Positions 27,455 through 37,757 of a stretch of DNA of 64,000 bases are shown piece by piece. This DNA is from an uncultured Candidatus Saccharibacteria bacterium (lineage in GTDB: Bacteria; Patescibacteriota; Minisyncoccia; Phycocordibacterales; UBA918), in assembly GCA_964626635.1 (NCBI GenBank), contig CAZVFY010000001.1, positions 47,782 to 111,781 on the forward strand. The letters are read 5' to 3'. Position numbers and translations under genes: made by a program. Positions within the stretch are counted from its first letter, which is position 1; every line of letters starts with the position of its first letter. The notes beneath the pieces are model-generated. The model was not told where the DNA came from, made no database searches, and was given only the letters and a program-made list of their open reading frames with translations.

Positions 27455-28171
27455 TTACCGGCGCTGAGCGCGGACATACAACCCTGCCACCACCAGCGCC
27501 AAGACACCGGAGAGAGCAACGAACACCCACGCCTCTCTCATGTAATTACCCCATGCCACTGCCACTGACGCCCAGACCAGCACACCACCGTACCAAATGT
27601 TGTAGTCACTGCGTCTATAAAAATACAGCCCGTAGGCAGCAATCGCAGTAAACAGCACAAGGTTGGACGTAATATTAAGCGAGTTAGTCGTAATGACGTT
27701 TTGATCAACGGCCAGCGATTGGATATTCAGCCACGCTGCGATACCGGTCCAGGCGGCGTACGGCAGGAGGGTTTTGATCGCAAAGAAATTAGTGATGCTA
27801 CTATCAGACCGTGGTGCCGTCACGACTCGCGTCAGCGCTAGTGCCATGATGAATAATGTCGGGATAGTCAGCCACACCAGTGGCGCGTCCTGACCGGCAA
27901 ACCAGAGCCACACAATTGACCCAAAAAATGCAACTGCCGCCGGTACTCTCGTGCGCCGCACGGTGCCTGAGTCGTGGTCAGGAATTACCTGATACACAGC
28001 ATATATCAGGGACAAAATGTAAATGAGCCCCCAGATGGCAAATGCCCATGAGGCTGGTTGAATAAAGACTGGCAACACGCGCTCGGACGTTTCAAAGGTG
28101 CCGACACTGAGATACCCAGCAGCAAAAATTTGCGCGACTGCTCCCACTAGCACAGTTAGTTTTAATAGCAT
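27455..28171 (-). CDS. Trp-rich integral membrane protein, possibly TspO/MBR-related
   Basis: 238 aa, about 6 TM, many Trp residues (ASWAFAIWGLIY; WLWFAGQ; AAWTGIAAWL). Family assignment is tentative. Confidence 0.35.
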   Translation of the reverse strand: MLLKLTVLVGAVAQIFAAGYLSVGTFETSERVLPVFIQPASWAFAIWGLIYILSLIYAVYQVIPDHDSGTVRRTRVPAAVAFFGSIVWLWFAGQDAPLVWLTIPTLFIMALALTRVVTAPRSDSSITNFFAIKTLLPYAAWTGIAAWLNIQSLAVDQNVITTNSLNITSNLVLFTAIAAYGLYFYRRSDYNIWYGGVLVWASVAVAWGNYMREAWVFVALSGVLALVVAGLYVRAQRR

Positions 28172-28207
28172 ACCTTAGTGTAACAACTCTATAGGAATGT
28201 ACAATTG

Positions 28208-28280
28208 TGGACCGTACAGGATTTGAACCTGCGACCTCTGCCATGCCATGGCAGCGCTCTACCAGCTGAGCTAACGGCCC
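28208..28280 (-). tRNA. tRNA-Ala (anticodon GGC)
   Basis: The reverse complement folds as a cloverleaf: acceptor GGGCCGT with G3:U70, anticodon loop AT-GGC-AT, T-arm GGTTCAAATCC. Confidence 0.85.
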
Positions 28281-28327
28281 AATAGATAGCAAAATAACGC
28301 AAAAATCGCCAATCGGAAATTTTGTGT

Positions 28328-28403
28328 TGGTGGACTCGACAGGACTTGAACCCGCTACCTCCTCAGTGCAAATGAGGCGCTCTACCAGATGAGCTACGAG
28401 CCC
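28328..28403 (-). tRNA. tRNA-Ala (anticodon UGC), CCA encoded
   Basis: RC: GGGCTCGTAGCTCATCTGGTAGAGCGCCTCATTTGCACTGAGGAGGTAGCGGGTTCAAGTCCTGTCGAGTCCACCA. G3:U70 present. Anticodon loop TT-TGC-AC. Confidence 0.85.
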
Positions 28404-28482
28404 GAATTGTGGGTTTTACCGGCCACACTCAGACTTGAGTGCACCAATCTTACCGCACTAATCGCAAAACGCAAGCGCAATA

Positions 28483-29427
28483 TTAGGCGGTTTCTATCAA
28501 GTGCGCCACGAGATCAGTAAATGATAATCCCACCGCGGCGGCAGCCTTGGGGTACAGGGATTCGCCTGTCAGTCCCGGTAGTGTGTTGACTTCAAGGAAG
28601 AATACTTCCCCGCTACGTACGATAAAATCACTACGTGAATACTGTCGCAGCCCGAGCTGCTGATGCGCCACCCTTGCCTGTCTTTGCAGCTCGTCGCGTA
28701 TGTGTGGCGCAAATCGACCCGGGACAATTTCATCGGTTTGTCCACTGTACTTGGCGTCATAATCAAAATAAGCATTCTGTTTGGGTGGTACGATTTCGAT
28801 CACTGGGAAGGCGTATAGCGCTTCACCACGAAAGTTTTCGAGCACGCCGACTGTTGCCTCGACCCCAGCTACGTGTTCTTCGACGAGGATGTCACGATGC
28901 TCCGTCGTCAGTTCGCGTAATGCCTGGTAAGTGTCCTCTGTATCAAGAATCATCCGCGCGCCGTGCGAGGAACCGCTGCGGGTTGGTTTGGCGAATAGAT
29001 TAGCACCGAGTTCCGTTTCTAATTGCGTAATTGTTCGTGGCTGATGCAGTTCGTGTCGACGTAATTTGCGCCCCCGAGCCATGGGTAGATCATTGATTAA
29101 ACGTTCACGAGTCTGACACTTATCAAATGCAATCGCAGATGGTAGTTCGTGCGACCCAGTGTACCGTGTGTCTGATCGGCGCAACAGGCGCTGGATAGTA
29201 CCGTCTTCACCGTACTCACCATGAAGCGCGAGAAACGCTACGTCGACTCCGGCTAGTGCGGCCTGAGGCGATCTGATGCGCCCCTCGACCAGCCAGCGAC
29301 CGGTACGATCAATGACAACATCTAGCGGTTGTCTGTCGCTCAGTGCATCAAGGACCGCACGCCCCGTTTGCATCGACACATCGTACTCACTACTAGGACC
29401 ACCTCGGATAACCGCAATTCGATTCAT
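28483..29427 (-). CDS. ddl: D-alanine--D-alanine ligase
   Basis: 314 aa. ATP-grasp (DVAFLALHGEYGEDGTIQ; EVNTLPGLT). Confidence 0.85.
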   Translation of the reverse strand: MNRIAVIRGGPSSEYDVSMQTGRAVLDALSDRQPLDVVIDRTGRWLVEGRIRSPQAALAGVDVAFLALHGEYGEDGTIQRLLRRSDTRYTGSHELPSAIAFDKCQTRERLINDLPMARGRKLRRHELHQPRTITQLETELGANLFAKPTRSGSSHGARMILDTEDTYQALRELTTEHRDILVEEHVAGVEATVGVLENFRGEALYAFPVIEIVPPKQNAYFDYDAKYSGQTDEIVPGRFAPHIRDELQRQARVAHQQLGLRQYSRSDFIVRSGEVFFLEVNTLPGLTGESLYPKAAAAVGLSFTDLVAHLIETA

Positions 29428-29473
29428 AGGTACAGTATACAGAACCTGGCGCTAGATTCCCGCTCGACAGTGA

Positions 29474-30766
29474 CTAGGTGTGTTTATTGCGTTGAGTTTT
29501 GGTGCGGGTGCGCCTCGCCGACGAATCGGTAATACCGAGCGAAGATTTGCTGCGCCGATGACGGTGAAAGGTAATGGCAAAGCGGTGCGCCTCGGCGTTG
29601 GCCTCGAGGATGGCTGCCTGATGGCGGTCGAGCAAGTCTTTTTGGCCGATCAATCGTTCCGGTTTGTGTTTGTGGTTTTTGACTACCGCGACTACCGGAA
29701 TGACCGACCCGTGCTCTTTGAGCACCAGCTCCGCCGCGCGTTTTTGGATTGCGTTCCCATCGACTACTATCAACTGCGGAAATGACCATTCGGGATGCCC
29801 GAGTCGCCTGGTCAATACTTCGCGTAAGGCACCAGGATCGTTGGCTTCGGTGTAGCCGCGGATATTGAATTTGCGGTATTCGCTACTGTTAGGCTGATTA
29901 CCGTCGACCACTGTCATCACTCCGACCATGTCGCTACCCTGCAAATGAGCGATGTCGTACGCCTCGATCCGAATGGATTTGTCGTCGCGATACACCCGGG
30001 CGTCGTCTTTAATGAGTGCAATGTCATGAATGTGCTGTAGCGCTAAAATGCGCTTTTTGATGTTGTTCGCTTCCTCAAACTGCATGGCTTTGGCGTGACG
30101 CATCATGTCGCGCTGTAGTTCTTTGATGATGATATTTTTCTTGCCTTGAAAGAACAGTTTGATGTGCCGGATGGTACGGGTGTACTCGTAGCGATTCTCC
30201 TCGCTGGGGTACAGTCCGATCTGGCGATTAAAATCGATCCTACCTTTGACAACGTTGCTAGTCTCGACCCCAACCGCCCGTTTGGTATCGTAAAATTTAA
30301 ATAGCTTGCGGATGATTTTTAAGGCTTCCTTAAATAGCGCGCCACTCGGGAATGGTCCAAACTCGTATTTGATATCACGCGGATTGAACTGCGTGGCCAA
30401 ATCTTTGCCACGCACGACGAGGACTCGCGGCCACTCTTCTTTGGTAATAATGAGGTGGTTATATGATTTGTCGTCTTTGCTGAGGGTGTTGTACTTTGGT
30501 TTATGAGTGCGGATCAGATTAGTCTCCAGGATCAACGCCTCCAGCACAGAGTCAGTTTCTGTGCATTCGACTGACGCAGCGTTACGCACCATGTTGGCGA
30601 TCAGGGCCGAACGCTTGTCACGCAGATCTGGCGCAAAATAGCTGCGGACTCTCGATCGTAAACTTGTCGCTTTGCCGATGTAGAGAATTTCTTTTTTGGG
30701 TCCCAAGAAAAAGTACACGCCCGTCGCGTCAGGTAGTTCGGTTTTGTCTAAGTCTGCCCGGGTCAT
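29474..30766 (-). CDS. uvrC: Excinuclease ABC subunit C, short form (GIY-YIG + UVR + RNase-H-like endonuclease; no C-terminal HhH)
   Basis: 430 aa. GVYFFLGPKKEILYIGKATSLRSRV (GIY-YIG), QFEEANNIKKRILALQ (UVR), IEAYDIAHLQG (UvrC endonuclease domain). Confidence 0.85.
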   Translation of the reverse strand: MTRADLDKTELPDATGVYFFLGPKKEILYIGKATSLRSRVRSYFAPDLRDKRSALIANMVRNAASVECTETDSVLEALILETNLIRTHKPKYNTLSKDDKSYNHLIITKEEWPRVLVVRGKDLATQFNPRDIKYEFGPFPSGALFKEALKIIRKLFKFYDTKRAVGVETSNVVKGRIDFNRQIGLYPSEENRYEYTRTIRHIKLFFQGKKNIIIKELQRDMMRHAKAMQFEEANNIKKRILALQHIHDIALIKDDARVYRDDKSIRIEAYDIAHLQGSDMVGVMTVVDGNQPNSSEYRKFNIRGYTEANDPGALREVLTRRLGHPEWSFPQLIVVDGNAIQKRAAELVLKEHGSVIPVVAVVKNHKHKPERLIGQKDLLDRHQAAILEANAEAHRFAITFHRHRRSKSSLGITDSSARRTRTKTQRNKHT

Positions 30767-30802
30767 TGGTGTGTGGTGTAACGCTTCAGTTGGTACGCGC
30801 GA

Positions 30803-33463
30803 CTAGAGAATCTTTTTCAGGTAGCGCCCCGTATGGCTCTTTTCGACTGCGGCGACTTGTTCAGGAGTACCCTTGGCGACGATCGTGCCGCCACCCGCGC
30901 CACCCTCGGGGCCGATGTCGATGATGTAATCAGCTGATTTGACTAGGTCCAAGTTATGCTCGATCACCACGACAGTGTTGCCGCGATCGACCAACTGTTG
31001 CAGAATCTCGATCAATTTCCGCACATCATCATAGTGTAAGCCGATGGTTGGTTCGTCCAATAGGTAGATGGTTTTCTGGGTGTGTTGACGAAATAATTCT
31101 GACGCGATCTTGACCCGTTGTGCTTCCCCGCCGGACAGGGTGGTAGCACTTTGTCCTAGTTCTAGATATCCCAGTCCAACGTCCAGCAGAGATTTCAGGC
31201 GTTCTTGAATAGCCGGAATATCAACGTAAAATTCGTGCGCTTCTTCGATCGTCATGTGCAATACCTCGTAAATATTTTTGCCTTTGTAGCGCACCTCGAG
31301 TGTCTCCCGAGTATAGCGAGTACCGTCACACACATCACAGGTCACATACACCGTCGGCAAGAAGTGCATTTCAACCGCGATCACGCCGTTCCCTTGGCAG
31401 GTCTCGCAGCGACCACCCTTGACGTTAAACGAGAATCGACCGGGCTTCCAGCCACGAGCCCGCGCCTCACCAGAGGCTGCAAATAAATCGCGGATATGCG
31501 TAAACGCGCCGCTGTACGTCGCTGGGTTTGATCGTGGTGTCCGGCCGATGGGTGACTGGTCGATCAAGACCTGACGCCCTAAGTATTCGCTGCCAGTAAA
31601 ACTGCTGGCGTTGTACGTTTTAGGTGAACGATGGCGTTTCTCTAGTCGGGCGAGCAAGTTTTTGTGCACAATTTCGTACATAAAGGTTGACTTGCCCGAA
31701 CCAGATACCCCGGTAATGCAGACTAGTTTGCCGAGTGGCAGGTCGACGTTTAGGTTTTTGACATTAAAAGCTTTGCCTCCCTTGATTTGCAGTTTGCCTT
31801 TCTCGCTGGTACGACGGGTTGGGAGTTCGATGGCCTTTTCGTGACGTAAGTACGCCAGCGTAGTTGAGCCAGATTCGTTGGCGTTAGCCTTGAGGAGTGG
31901 TTCAAGGAAATCGGATACGATCACTTCCCCGCCATGCACGCCAGCGCCAGGACCAATATCTACTAGGTAATCTGACGCGTAGATCGTGTCCTCATCGTGC
32001 TCAACCACCAGGATGGTATTACCGAGATCGCGTAGCTCGCGCAAGGTCTTGATCAGTTTGTCGTTATCACGTTGATGCAGACCGATAGTTGGCTCATCAA
32101 GGACATAGAGCGCCCCGACCAGCCCTGACCCCAATTGTGACGCGAGGCGGATACGTTGCGCCTCACCGCCAGACAGCGTATTGGCCCGCCGATCGAGCGT
32201 CAGGTATTCGATCCCCACATCCATCATAAAATCCAGTCGCTCGATCACCTCTCGTAGCGCGGGCCAGGCGATCTCTTCTTGGGCCTTACTGAGTTTGAGA
32301 TTATTAATAAAATCAGCTGCCTCGGCAACCGTGAGTCCGGTAAAGCCGACAATATTCATGCCCAAATCTTTCTTGCCATCACCACCGAGGTAGACTCGCA
32401 TGGCCTCTGGTCGCAGTCTGGCTCCGTTACACACCGGGCAAACGTCACTATTAAAAATACCAACAACTCCTAGTCCGTTACAGTTTGGGCAGGCGCCGTA
32501 CGGAGAATTGAATGAAAACAGACGGGGTTCCACCTCGGGAAAGCTCGATCCATCAACCGGACAGATAAACTTGGCCGATAGCGTACGATCGGTACCATCT
32601 GGGCTTTCGATTTTGACCAAACCGCTGGCCTCGGCGAGCGCCAATTCAACAGCTTCTGATAGTCGTTCTCGGGAACCCTTAGGATCGTCAGTGAATTCTG
32701 ATACGTAGATCTCGTCAATGAGCACGTCGATATCATGCCGCTTGTTTTTTGACAGGGTAATCTTGTCTCGTAGTTGATGAATCTGCCCATCAATTTTGAC
32801 CGTCTCGTACCCTTTGCCGAGCAGGTCATATAACATCTGGTAGTACTCGCCTTTACGGCCGACGATGACCGGCGCAAAGATCACGACTCGACCCTTACTG
32901 ACTTCTATGCCCATGACGTGCTCGTTCTTTTGCGCCGCCTTAACTTCTTTGTCCTCAATGGATTGCAGGACGATGCCGAGAATTTCGTCTTGTGAAAGCT
33001 TTTGGATTGGTACGTCAACATCCAGACAGTATGGCTGTCCGACGCGCGCGTAAACAATACGCAAATAGTCGTATATCTCAGTGATTGTAGCGACCGTTGA
33101 CCGCGGATTGCGGCTGGCGGATTTCTGGTCAATTGAGATCGCTGGAGATAGGCCGGCGATCTCGTCAACGTCTGGCTTTTGCATTTTGTTGAGAAATTGA
33201 CGGGCGTAGGGAGAAAGGCTCTCGACGTAGCGGCGCTGCCCTTCAGCGAAAATCGTATCAAACGCCAACGATGATTTACCTGAACCCGACGGTCCAGTGA
33301 TGGCGATCATTTTGCCACGAGGCATCACTACATCGACGTTCTTGAGGTTGTGAGTGCGGGCGCCACGAACAATTAGTTTGTCCTCGGCTTTGGTGTCAGC
33401 GTGCCAGGAAACTTGATTGGCGGGCTGCTTCTTTTTGGGTGATTGGTTGTTTTTAGCGGACAT
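30803..33463 (-). CDS. uvrA: Excinuclease ABC subunit A
   Basis: 886 aa. Two ABC ATPase modules (GPSGSGKSS; GVSGSGKST; LSGGEAQR twice) and zinc-finger Cys clusters. Confidence 0.95.
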   Translation of the reverse strand: MSAKNNQSPKKKQPANQVSWHADTKAEDKLIVRGARTHNLKNVDVVMPRGKMIAITGPSGSGKSSLAFDTIFAEGQRRYVESLSPYARQFLNKMQKPDVDEIAGLSPAISIDQKSASRNPRSTVATITEIYDYLRIVYARVGQPYCLDVDVPIQKLSQDEILGIVLQSIEDKEVKAAQKNEHVMGIEVSKGRVVIFAPVIVGRKGEYYQMLYDLLGKGYETVKIDGQIHQLRDKITLSKNKRHDIDVLIDEIYVSEFTDDPKGSRERLSEAVELALAEASGLVKIESPDGTDRTLSAKFICPVDGSSFPEVEPRLFSFNSPYGACPNCNGLGVVGIFNSDVCPVCNGARLRPEAMRVYLGGDGKKDLGMNIVGFTGLTVAEAADFINNLKLSKAQEEIAWPALREVIERLDFMMDVGIEYLTLDRRANTLSGGEAQRIRLASQLGSGLVGALYVLDEPTIGLHQRDNDKLIKTLRELRDLGNTILVVEHDEDTIYASDYLVDIGPGAGVHGGEVIVSDFLEPLLKANANESGSTTLAYLRHEKAIELPTRRTSEKGKLQIKGGKAFNVKNLNVDLPLGKLVCITGVSGSGKSTFMYEIVHKNLLARLEKRHRSPKTYNASSFTGSEYLGRQVLIDQSPIGRTPRSNPATYSGAFTHIRDLFAASGEARARGWKPGRFSFNVKGGRCETCQGNGVIAVEMHFLPTVYVTCDVCDGTRYTRETLEVRYKGKNIYEVLHMTIEEAHEFYVDIPAIQERLKSLLDVGLGYLELGQSATTLSGGEAQRVKIASELFRQHTQKTIYLLDEPTIGLHYDDVRKLIEILQQLVDRGNTVVVIEHNLDLVKSADYIIDIGPEGGAGGGTIVAKGTPEQVAAVEKSHTGRYLKKIL

Positions 33464-33480
33464 TTGTACAAGTATAACAA

Positions 33481-34821
33481 CTAATGTTTAGACGTACTAG
33501 ACTGCGTGATTGGTAGCGTAACAATCACATGGGTACCAACTGACTTAATTGACTCAATCATAATTGTCCCGCCCAATAGTTCTACTAGCTGCTTTGTAAT
33601 CCAGAGTCCTAAGCCGGTACCTGTGACATTTGATTTTGCGGCTTCCCCTACACGGCTGAATGGGGCAAACAATTTTTGCTGATCGCTGGCCGAAATACCG
33701 GTACCAGTATCTTGAATTTTGACAGTCAGCTTTTTGCCTTTCATATCTGATGTCACTGTGATAGTCCCGTTATCGGTGTATTTGATAGCGTTACTAACTA
33801 GATTGGTCAGTACTTGCGTCAGGCGATTCTGATCGGTTTGTAATAATTGAGCAGACAGCGGTTTAATGTACTGCAACTGCAGACCGCTTTCGGTGGCTAA
33901 GGTTTCGAGTCCTTGCACGGTATCTTGAATCAGGTCACGCACATCTACATTTTGGTATTCTAATTGCATGCGACCAGACTGGATACGGGCTACTTCTAGA
34001 AAATCGTTAACTAATAGGACTAATCTTTCGGCTGATTCACGAATCACTGCTACGTGACGTCGATTTTCTACAGTAAGTGTGTTGGTTTCATGCACTAAGC
34101 TTGCGTACCCCTTAATTGCAGTTAGTGGTGCGCGGAACTCATGGGCGATCATGTTACTAAACAAATCTCGCTCACGCATTCGCTCAGTCGACCGATCGTA
34201 CCGTGAGCGCCAGTCTATTTGTCTGTTAATCCAGTACGCCATGCCTATCAGAATGCACAGTATTAGGGCAATACTAGTGTATGTTGTAAAGGCTATTTGT
34301 TGTATATGCCGATTAGCCAATGTCAACCGGTGCTCACTGAACAGGTAAAGATCTGCGTCTGGTAAGGCTCGCCTCGCATGAACAACCCGATCACTTGCTG
34401 TGTTGAGCTGCACGATTGAGGTTCGATTCGGCTCGGTCAAAGCAGTTGTGAGTGCGGCCGCGTCTGACTCAAGACCTACCTCATTTTGATTTGTGCTATT
34501 GGTAATTACTACTCGACTACTACTGACTGGACGATATAAGCGGAAGACAGTTGCATCTGGGTTACTAACCACAAACATATCCAGTGCGGTTGACAGCTCT
34601 GCGTCGTTCGCTACGAGCACGCTAATAGCATCGTGTAATCCGCTAATGCGCCGGTACTCGGCTGCCGCGATGCGCTCTTCGGCACTCTCTAAAAATTGTT
34701 CACTTGTAAAAAAAAGCGCCAATGGCAACCCCACAACCAACAAGCCAATGACTAATAATTTTGGGGTGCGAATGAGCTGCCTGCAACCGTTTTCGATTGT
34801 GTACAAGAGCCGGGAGAGCAT
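33481..34821 (-). CDS. Sensor histidine kinase (two TM helices flanking an extracytoplasmic sensor; HisKA + HATPase_c)
   Basis: 446 aa. H-box FSNMIAHEFRAPLTAIKGY, N-box LVSNAIKYT, G-boxes DTGTGI and GTGLGL. Confidence 0.85.
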   Translation of the reverse strand: MLSRLLYTIENGCRQLIRTPKLLVIGLLVVGLPLALFFTSEQFLESAEERIAAAEYRRISGLHDAISVLVANDAELSTALDMFVVSNPDATVFRLYRPVSSSRVVITNSTNQNEVGLESDAAALTTALTEPNRTSIVQLNTASDRVVHARRALPDADLYLFSEHRLTLANRHIQQIAFTTYTSIALILCILIGMAYWINRQIDWRSRYDRSTERMRERDLFSNMIAHEFRAPLTAIKGYASLVHETNTLTVENRRHVAVIRESAERLVLLVNDFLEVARIQSGRMQLEYQNVDVRDLIQDTVQGLETLATESGLQLQYIKPLSAQLLQTDQNRLTQVLTNLVSNAIKYTDNGTITVTSDMKGKKLTVKIQDTGTGISASDQQKLFAPFSRVGEAAKSNVTGTGLGLWITKQLVELLGGTIMIESIKSVGTHVIVTLPITQSSTSKH

Positions 34822-34824
34822 ACG

Positions 34825-37116
34825 TTATACATGCCCTAAAGATTCGTCTCGGTGTGGACTGTTTAATTTTAGACTTAATCCCAGAAGTAATAGCAACACT
34901 CCAATAGCCAAAAGCGAAACTCCTAGCACAGTCGTGACACTGCTGGTATCGTCCTGAGAAGTGAGTAGCACTGGTTCTGATACAGTAACTGGGGTTTCGA
35001 CAACGGTGAAAGCTTCAGCCTCCTTTACAAATCGGAAGGGATCAGTCTGAGCAAGAATGGCGCCGGTGTTATCAGTAAGTGCTACAAACACTTGATGTTC
35101 ACCATCTTCTAGTTCTCGTTCAAAGGTATACTCAAAAACGCCTGTTGCGTTCGTTCGCACGGTTACAATAGTCGGCGTGCTAAAGAGATACAGTGTGACA
35201 AAACTGTTTGGCAGTGCCCTACCTCGTACTGTGGTTTTAATAGTTGGTTCATCAGCCACCGCGCTCACGTCAATTAAGGGTGTCACCGAATCAATTTTTA
35301 ATTCTGGAATACGAGGTACCCCAATGGTAGTTTTAGGTGATTCGTATACAATCGCTGCTTCTGCAGATGCATCGGTGGGATTAAATCCGCGAATAATTTC
35401 TGCCCCATCAGTAAAGCCGTCGTTATCGGTGTCAACCAAAGTGGGGTCGGTATTGAATAGCGTCACTTCATCAACATCGCTAACGCCATCGCCATCTGTG
35501 TCAACGGCCGAATCAGATTCGCTACGCTCTCGACGCACGTCCTCAAAAGCAATGACCGATGCTTGCATAGTTTCTAACGCCGCCTGTAATTCTCGAGCTA
35601 TGTCATCAGCGATGAACCACTGTTCGTCATTGGCCAGCAACTCGCGCAAAATTACGCTTTGATACTGAGATATATTTGTCTCGGCGGCCGCTATTAAAAC
35701 CGGGTCATTAGATTGTACGGCGATAGACAGTTGAGTAAATAATTGATCCAATTCTGCTTGGTCGGCCAAAATTCTATCGGCCACAATGGCTTTTATTGAA
35801 TCAGTGGTTGAGGTACCAGTTTCAAAATCTTGATATAAATCAGCATTGAGCTCTCTCGTGATGGTGAGCAAACGACCGGTTTCCAGTGCTGCGCTTTCGG
35901 CCGGTGTTATGTTGTCAATTGTAACTAATTCTGAATTGGATTCATCAATTGCTCCATCAGCAGAACTGCGAGCATACAACTCGTAGGAGCCATTGGGTAG
36001 TTGAGCACTGTTGAACACAAAAGAACCGGCTCGCGGTGGCGAAGCAACCGAACCGATTAGTTGTGAACCTGTTGATTGAGCTGATCGTGCAAAAAATTGT
36101 ATATTATCAGCTTGGTTTTGGGTTGTGTATTGAAAAGATACAGAGTTTGTGATGTTTCTTGGTGCAGTGATGGTTACTACATTAGTTGCTGCGCTCAGCG
36201 CTTGCTGTTCAACCATGAACCTGGCTTGTTCAGAGGTAACAACATCGTTGCTCTCCCCTTCTATTCTCACAGCTTGGTCATCAATTGGTACCGCAAATGA
36301 GGCGAGCTGGTAAGTGTCGACATTACCGATACGGTCACGAATGTTGACAGCGACTTGATACATCGCTGGGTCCAACTCAGAAACTGGTATAGTCGTAGCA
36401 AATTTATCGTTTCCAAGCGGGTTAACTGACAGATCAATATTCTGACTTACACCACGTTCGTTCTGAAAGAGTAAAGTAGCATTGACACTATCAGTATTGG
36501 GGGCAGAAAATGTGAGTGTTTCAGTGGCACCTAGGGTGCCTGACAAGCCATCAATAATTTTGACATGACGACTAGGTATAGAAGCCTTTACTGCAACAGT
36601 GCTAGCTTGAGACACTAAGGCTGGCTGACAATCTGTAGTGCAACCGGCCTCATAGACTATAGATTGATAAAGTATTCCGGCACTCACTAACGTAAATATG
36701 ATGGCACCAATAACACTGCTAGCAATAGCGCTACGATACAAGTACTCGTCTGCGTGCTCATAAAGGAGCACCACCTTATCTTTGAGTCTTAGCGGGACAT
36801 TGGTTGGGAGTTCGACCACAGCTGAGTGTGCTGGTGATGCTGTTTGATTTATTTTATGCGTTCGTCTACGGTTAGGGCTCTGTGGTGATTTAGCGCTAAC
36901 AGTAGCGCGCTTTCGCGTGGTTGCTTTTTGTTTTGGGGCTGTTGCAGCGACACTCTTAGAGATTGTAGAACGGGTGATTTTTCGGGCGGTGGAGCGTGGC
37001 TTAGCGGTACGTGCGGTCGTAGCGACACCCTTCGGAGCTGCTACTTTTTTAGTTTTTGTGACCGGAGCTTTTTTACTGGTCGTCTTTTTCTTGGGTTCTT
37101 GGGGAGTCAGCGCCAT
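34825..37116 (-). CDS. Large bitopic surface protein: Lys/Ala/Thr-rich histone-H1-like cytoplasmic tail, TM, extracellular domain with thrombospondin-type-3-like Ca-binding repeats, C-terminal TM
   Basis: 763 aa. KKKTTSKKAPVTKTKKVAAPKG... N-terminus, TM VIGAIIFTLVSAGILY, DTDGDGVSDVDEV...DTDNDGFTDGAE repeats, C-terminal LLAIGVLLLLLGLSL. Confidence 0.5.
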   Translation of the reverse strand: MALTPQEPKKKTTSKKAPVTKTKKVAAPKGVATTARTAKPRSTARKITRSTISKSVAATAPKQKATTRKRATVSAKSPQSPNRRRTHKINQTASPAHSAVVELPTNVPLRLKDKVVLLYEHADEYLYRSAIASSVIGAIIFTLVSAGILYQSIVYEAGCTTDCQPALVSQASTVAVKASIPSRHVKIIDGLSGTLGATETLTFSAPNTDSVNATLLFQNERGVSQNIDLSVNPLGNDKFATTIPVSELDPAMYQVAVNIRDRIGNVDTYQLASFAVPIDDQAVRIEGESNDVVTSEQARFMVEQQALSAATNVVTITAPRNITNSVSFQYTTQNQADNIQFFARSAQSTGSQLIGSVASPPRAGSFVFNSAQLPNGSYELYARSSADGAIDESNSELVTIDNITPAESAALETGRLLTITRELNADLYQDFETGTSTTDSIKAIVADRILADQAELDQLFTQLSIAVQSNDPVLIAAAETNISQYQSVILRELLANDEQWFIADDIARELQAALETMQASVIAFEDVRRERSESDSAVDTDGDGVSDVDEVTLFNTDPTLVDTDNDGFTDGAEIIRGFNPTDASAEAAIVYESPKTTIGVPRIPELKIDSVTPLIDVSAVADEPTIKTTVRGRALPNSFVTLYLFSTPTIVTVRTNATGVFEYTFERELEDGEHQVFVALTDNTGAILAQTDPFRFVKEAEAFTVVETPVTVSEPVLLTSQDDTSSVTTVLGVSLLAIGVLLLLLGLSLKLNSPHRDESLGHV

Positions 37117-37165
37117 AATATTTAGTATACTCAGTTTGATACCTATAATTGGACCCTGTACACAA

Positions 37166-37708
37166 CTACTGCTTTGTGACCTGGTGAATGATGTTGACTA
37201 ACTCTTCAAGATCAGTGAGAGCCTTAACGTAAAATCCAGCTGCACCCATGGCAGCCGCTTGGGCGCGAGTTTCTGCATTGTCTTTATTAGAAAAAACAAT
37301 TACCGGCGCTGCAATATTAATGGCTTTAAGAGTAGACCACACATCAAATCCACTAGTACCGGGCAGCATCAAATCTAGTAGCACGACGTGAGGAGTATGT
37401 GCTTGTGCTAACTCTACTGCGTCAGAGCCATCAGTTGAGATGTAAAATTCTATTTTAGAACGCTCTAGCTTTGTTGCTAGTAAATTCTGTAATAGCGGAT
37501 CATCTTCAATGACTAACACCCTAATGCCAGCAACACTGGCTGCTTTCGAAGGGTGAAGTGCTGATTCTAGGTCCTTTAAGGCCGCTTGCGATGTGGTGTC
37601 TGTGTCTGCGCCCAGATCTGTGTCTGCTAATGACAATGTGCGATCAACTACCTTCGAACCAGTTGCGCCAAATCCGTCATTTGTGTTCTCTTTAAATTCA
37701 CCATTCAT
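37166..37708 (-). CDS. Response-regulator receiver (REC-only) protein
   Basis: 180 aa. IRVLVIEDDPLL, phospho-acceptor context VVLLDLMLPGTSG, conserved K in IVFSNKD. Low-complexity N-terminal extension and no output domain. Confidence 0.75.
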   Translation of the reverse strand: MNGEFKENTNDGFGATGSKVVDRTLSLADTDLGADTDTTSQAALKDLESALHPSKAASVAGIRVLVIEDDPLLQNLLATKLERSKIEFYISTDGSDAVELAQAHTPHVVLLDLMLPGTSGFDVWSTLKAINIAAPVIVFSNKDNAETRAQAAAMGAAGFYVKALTDLEELVNIIHQVTKQ

Positions 37709-37757
37709 ACTTTGAGTCTACCATCTAGTAAATACACACCTACAATTTATGCACGGA

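Noticed and set aside
28208-28403. Tandem tRNA-Ala genes considered as a possible integration hotspot / island boundary
   Set aside because: Both flanks (membrane protein, ddl) look like ordinary chromosomal genes with typical composition. There are no repeats of the tRNA 3' end nearby.
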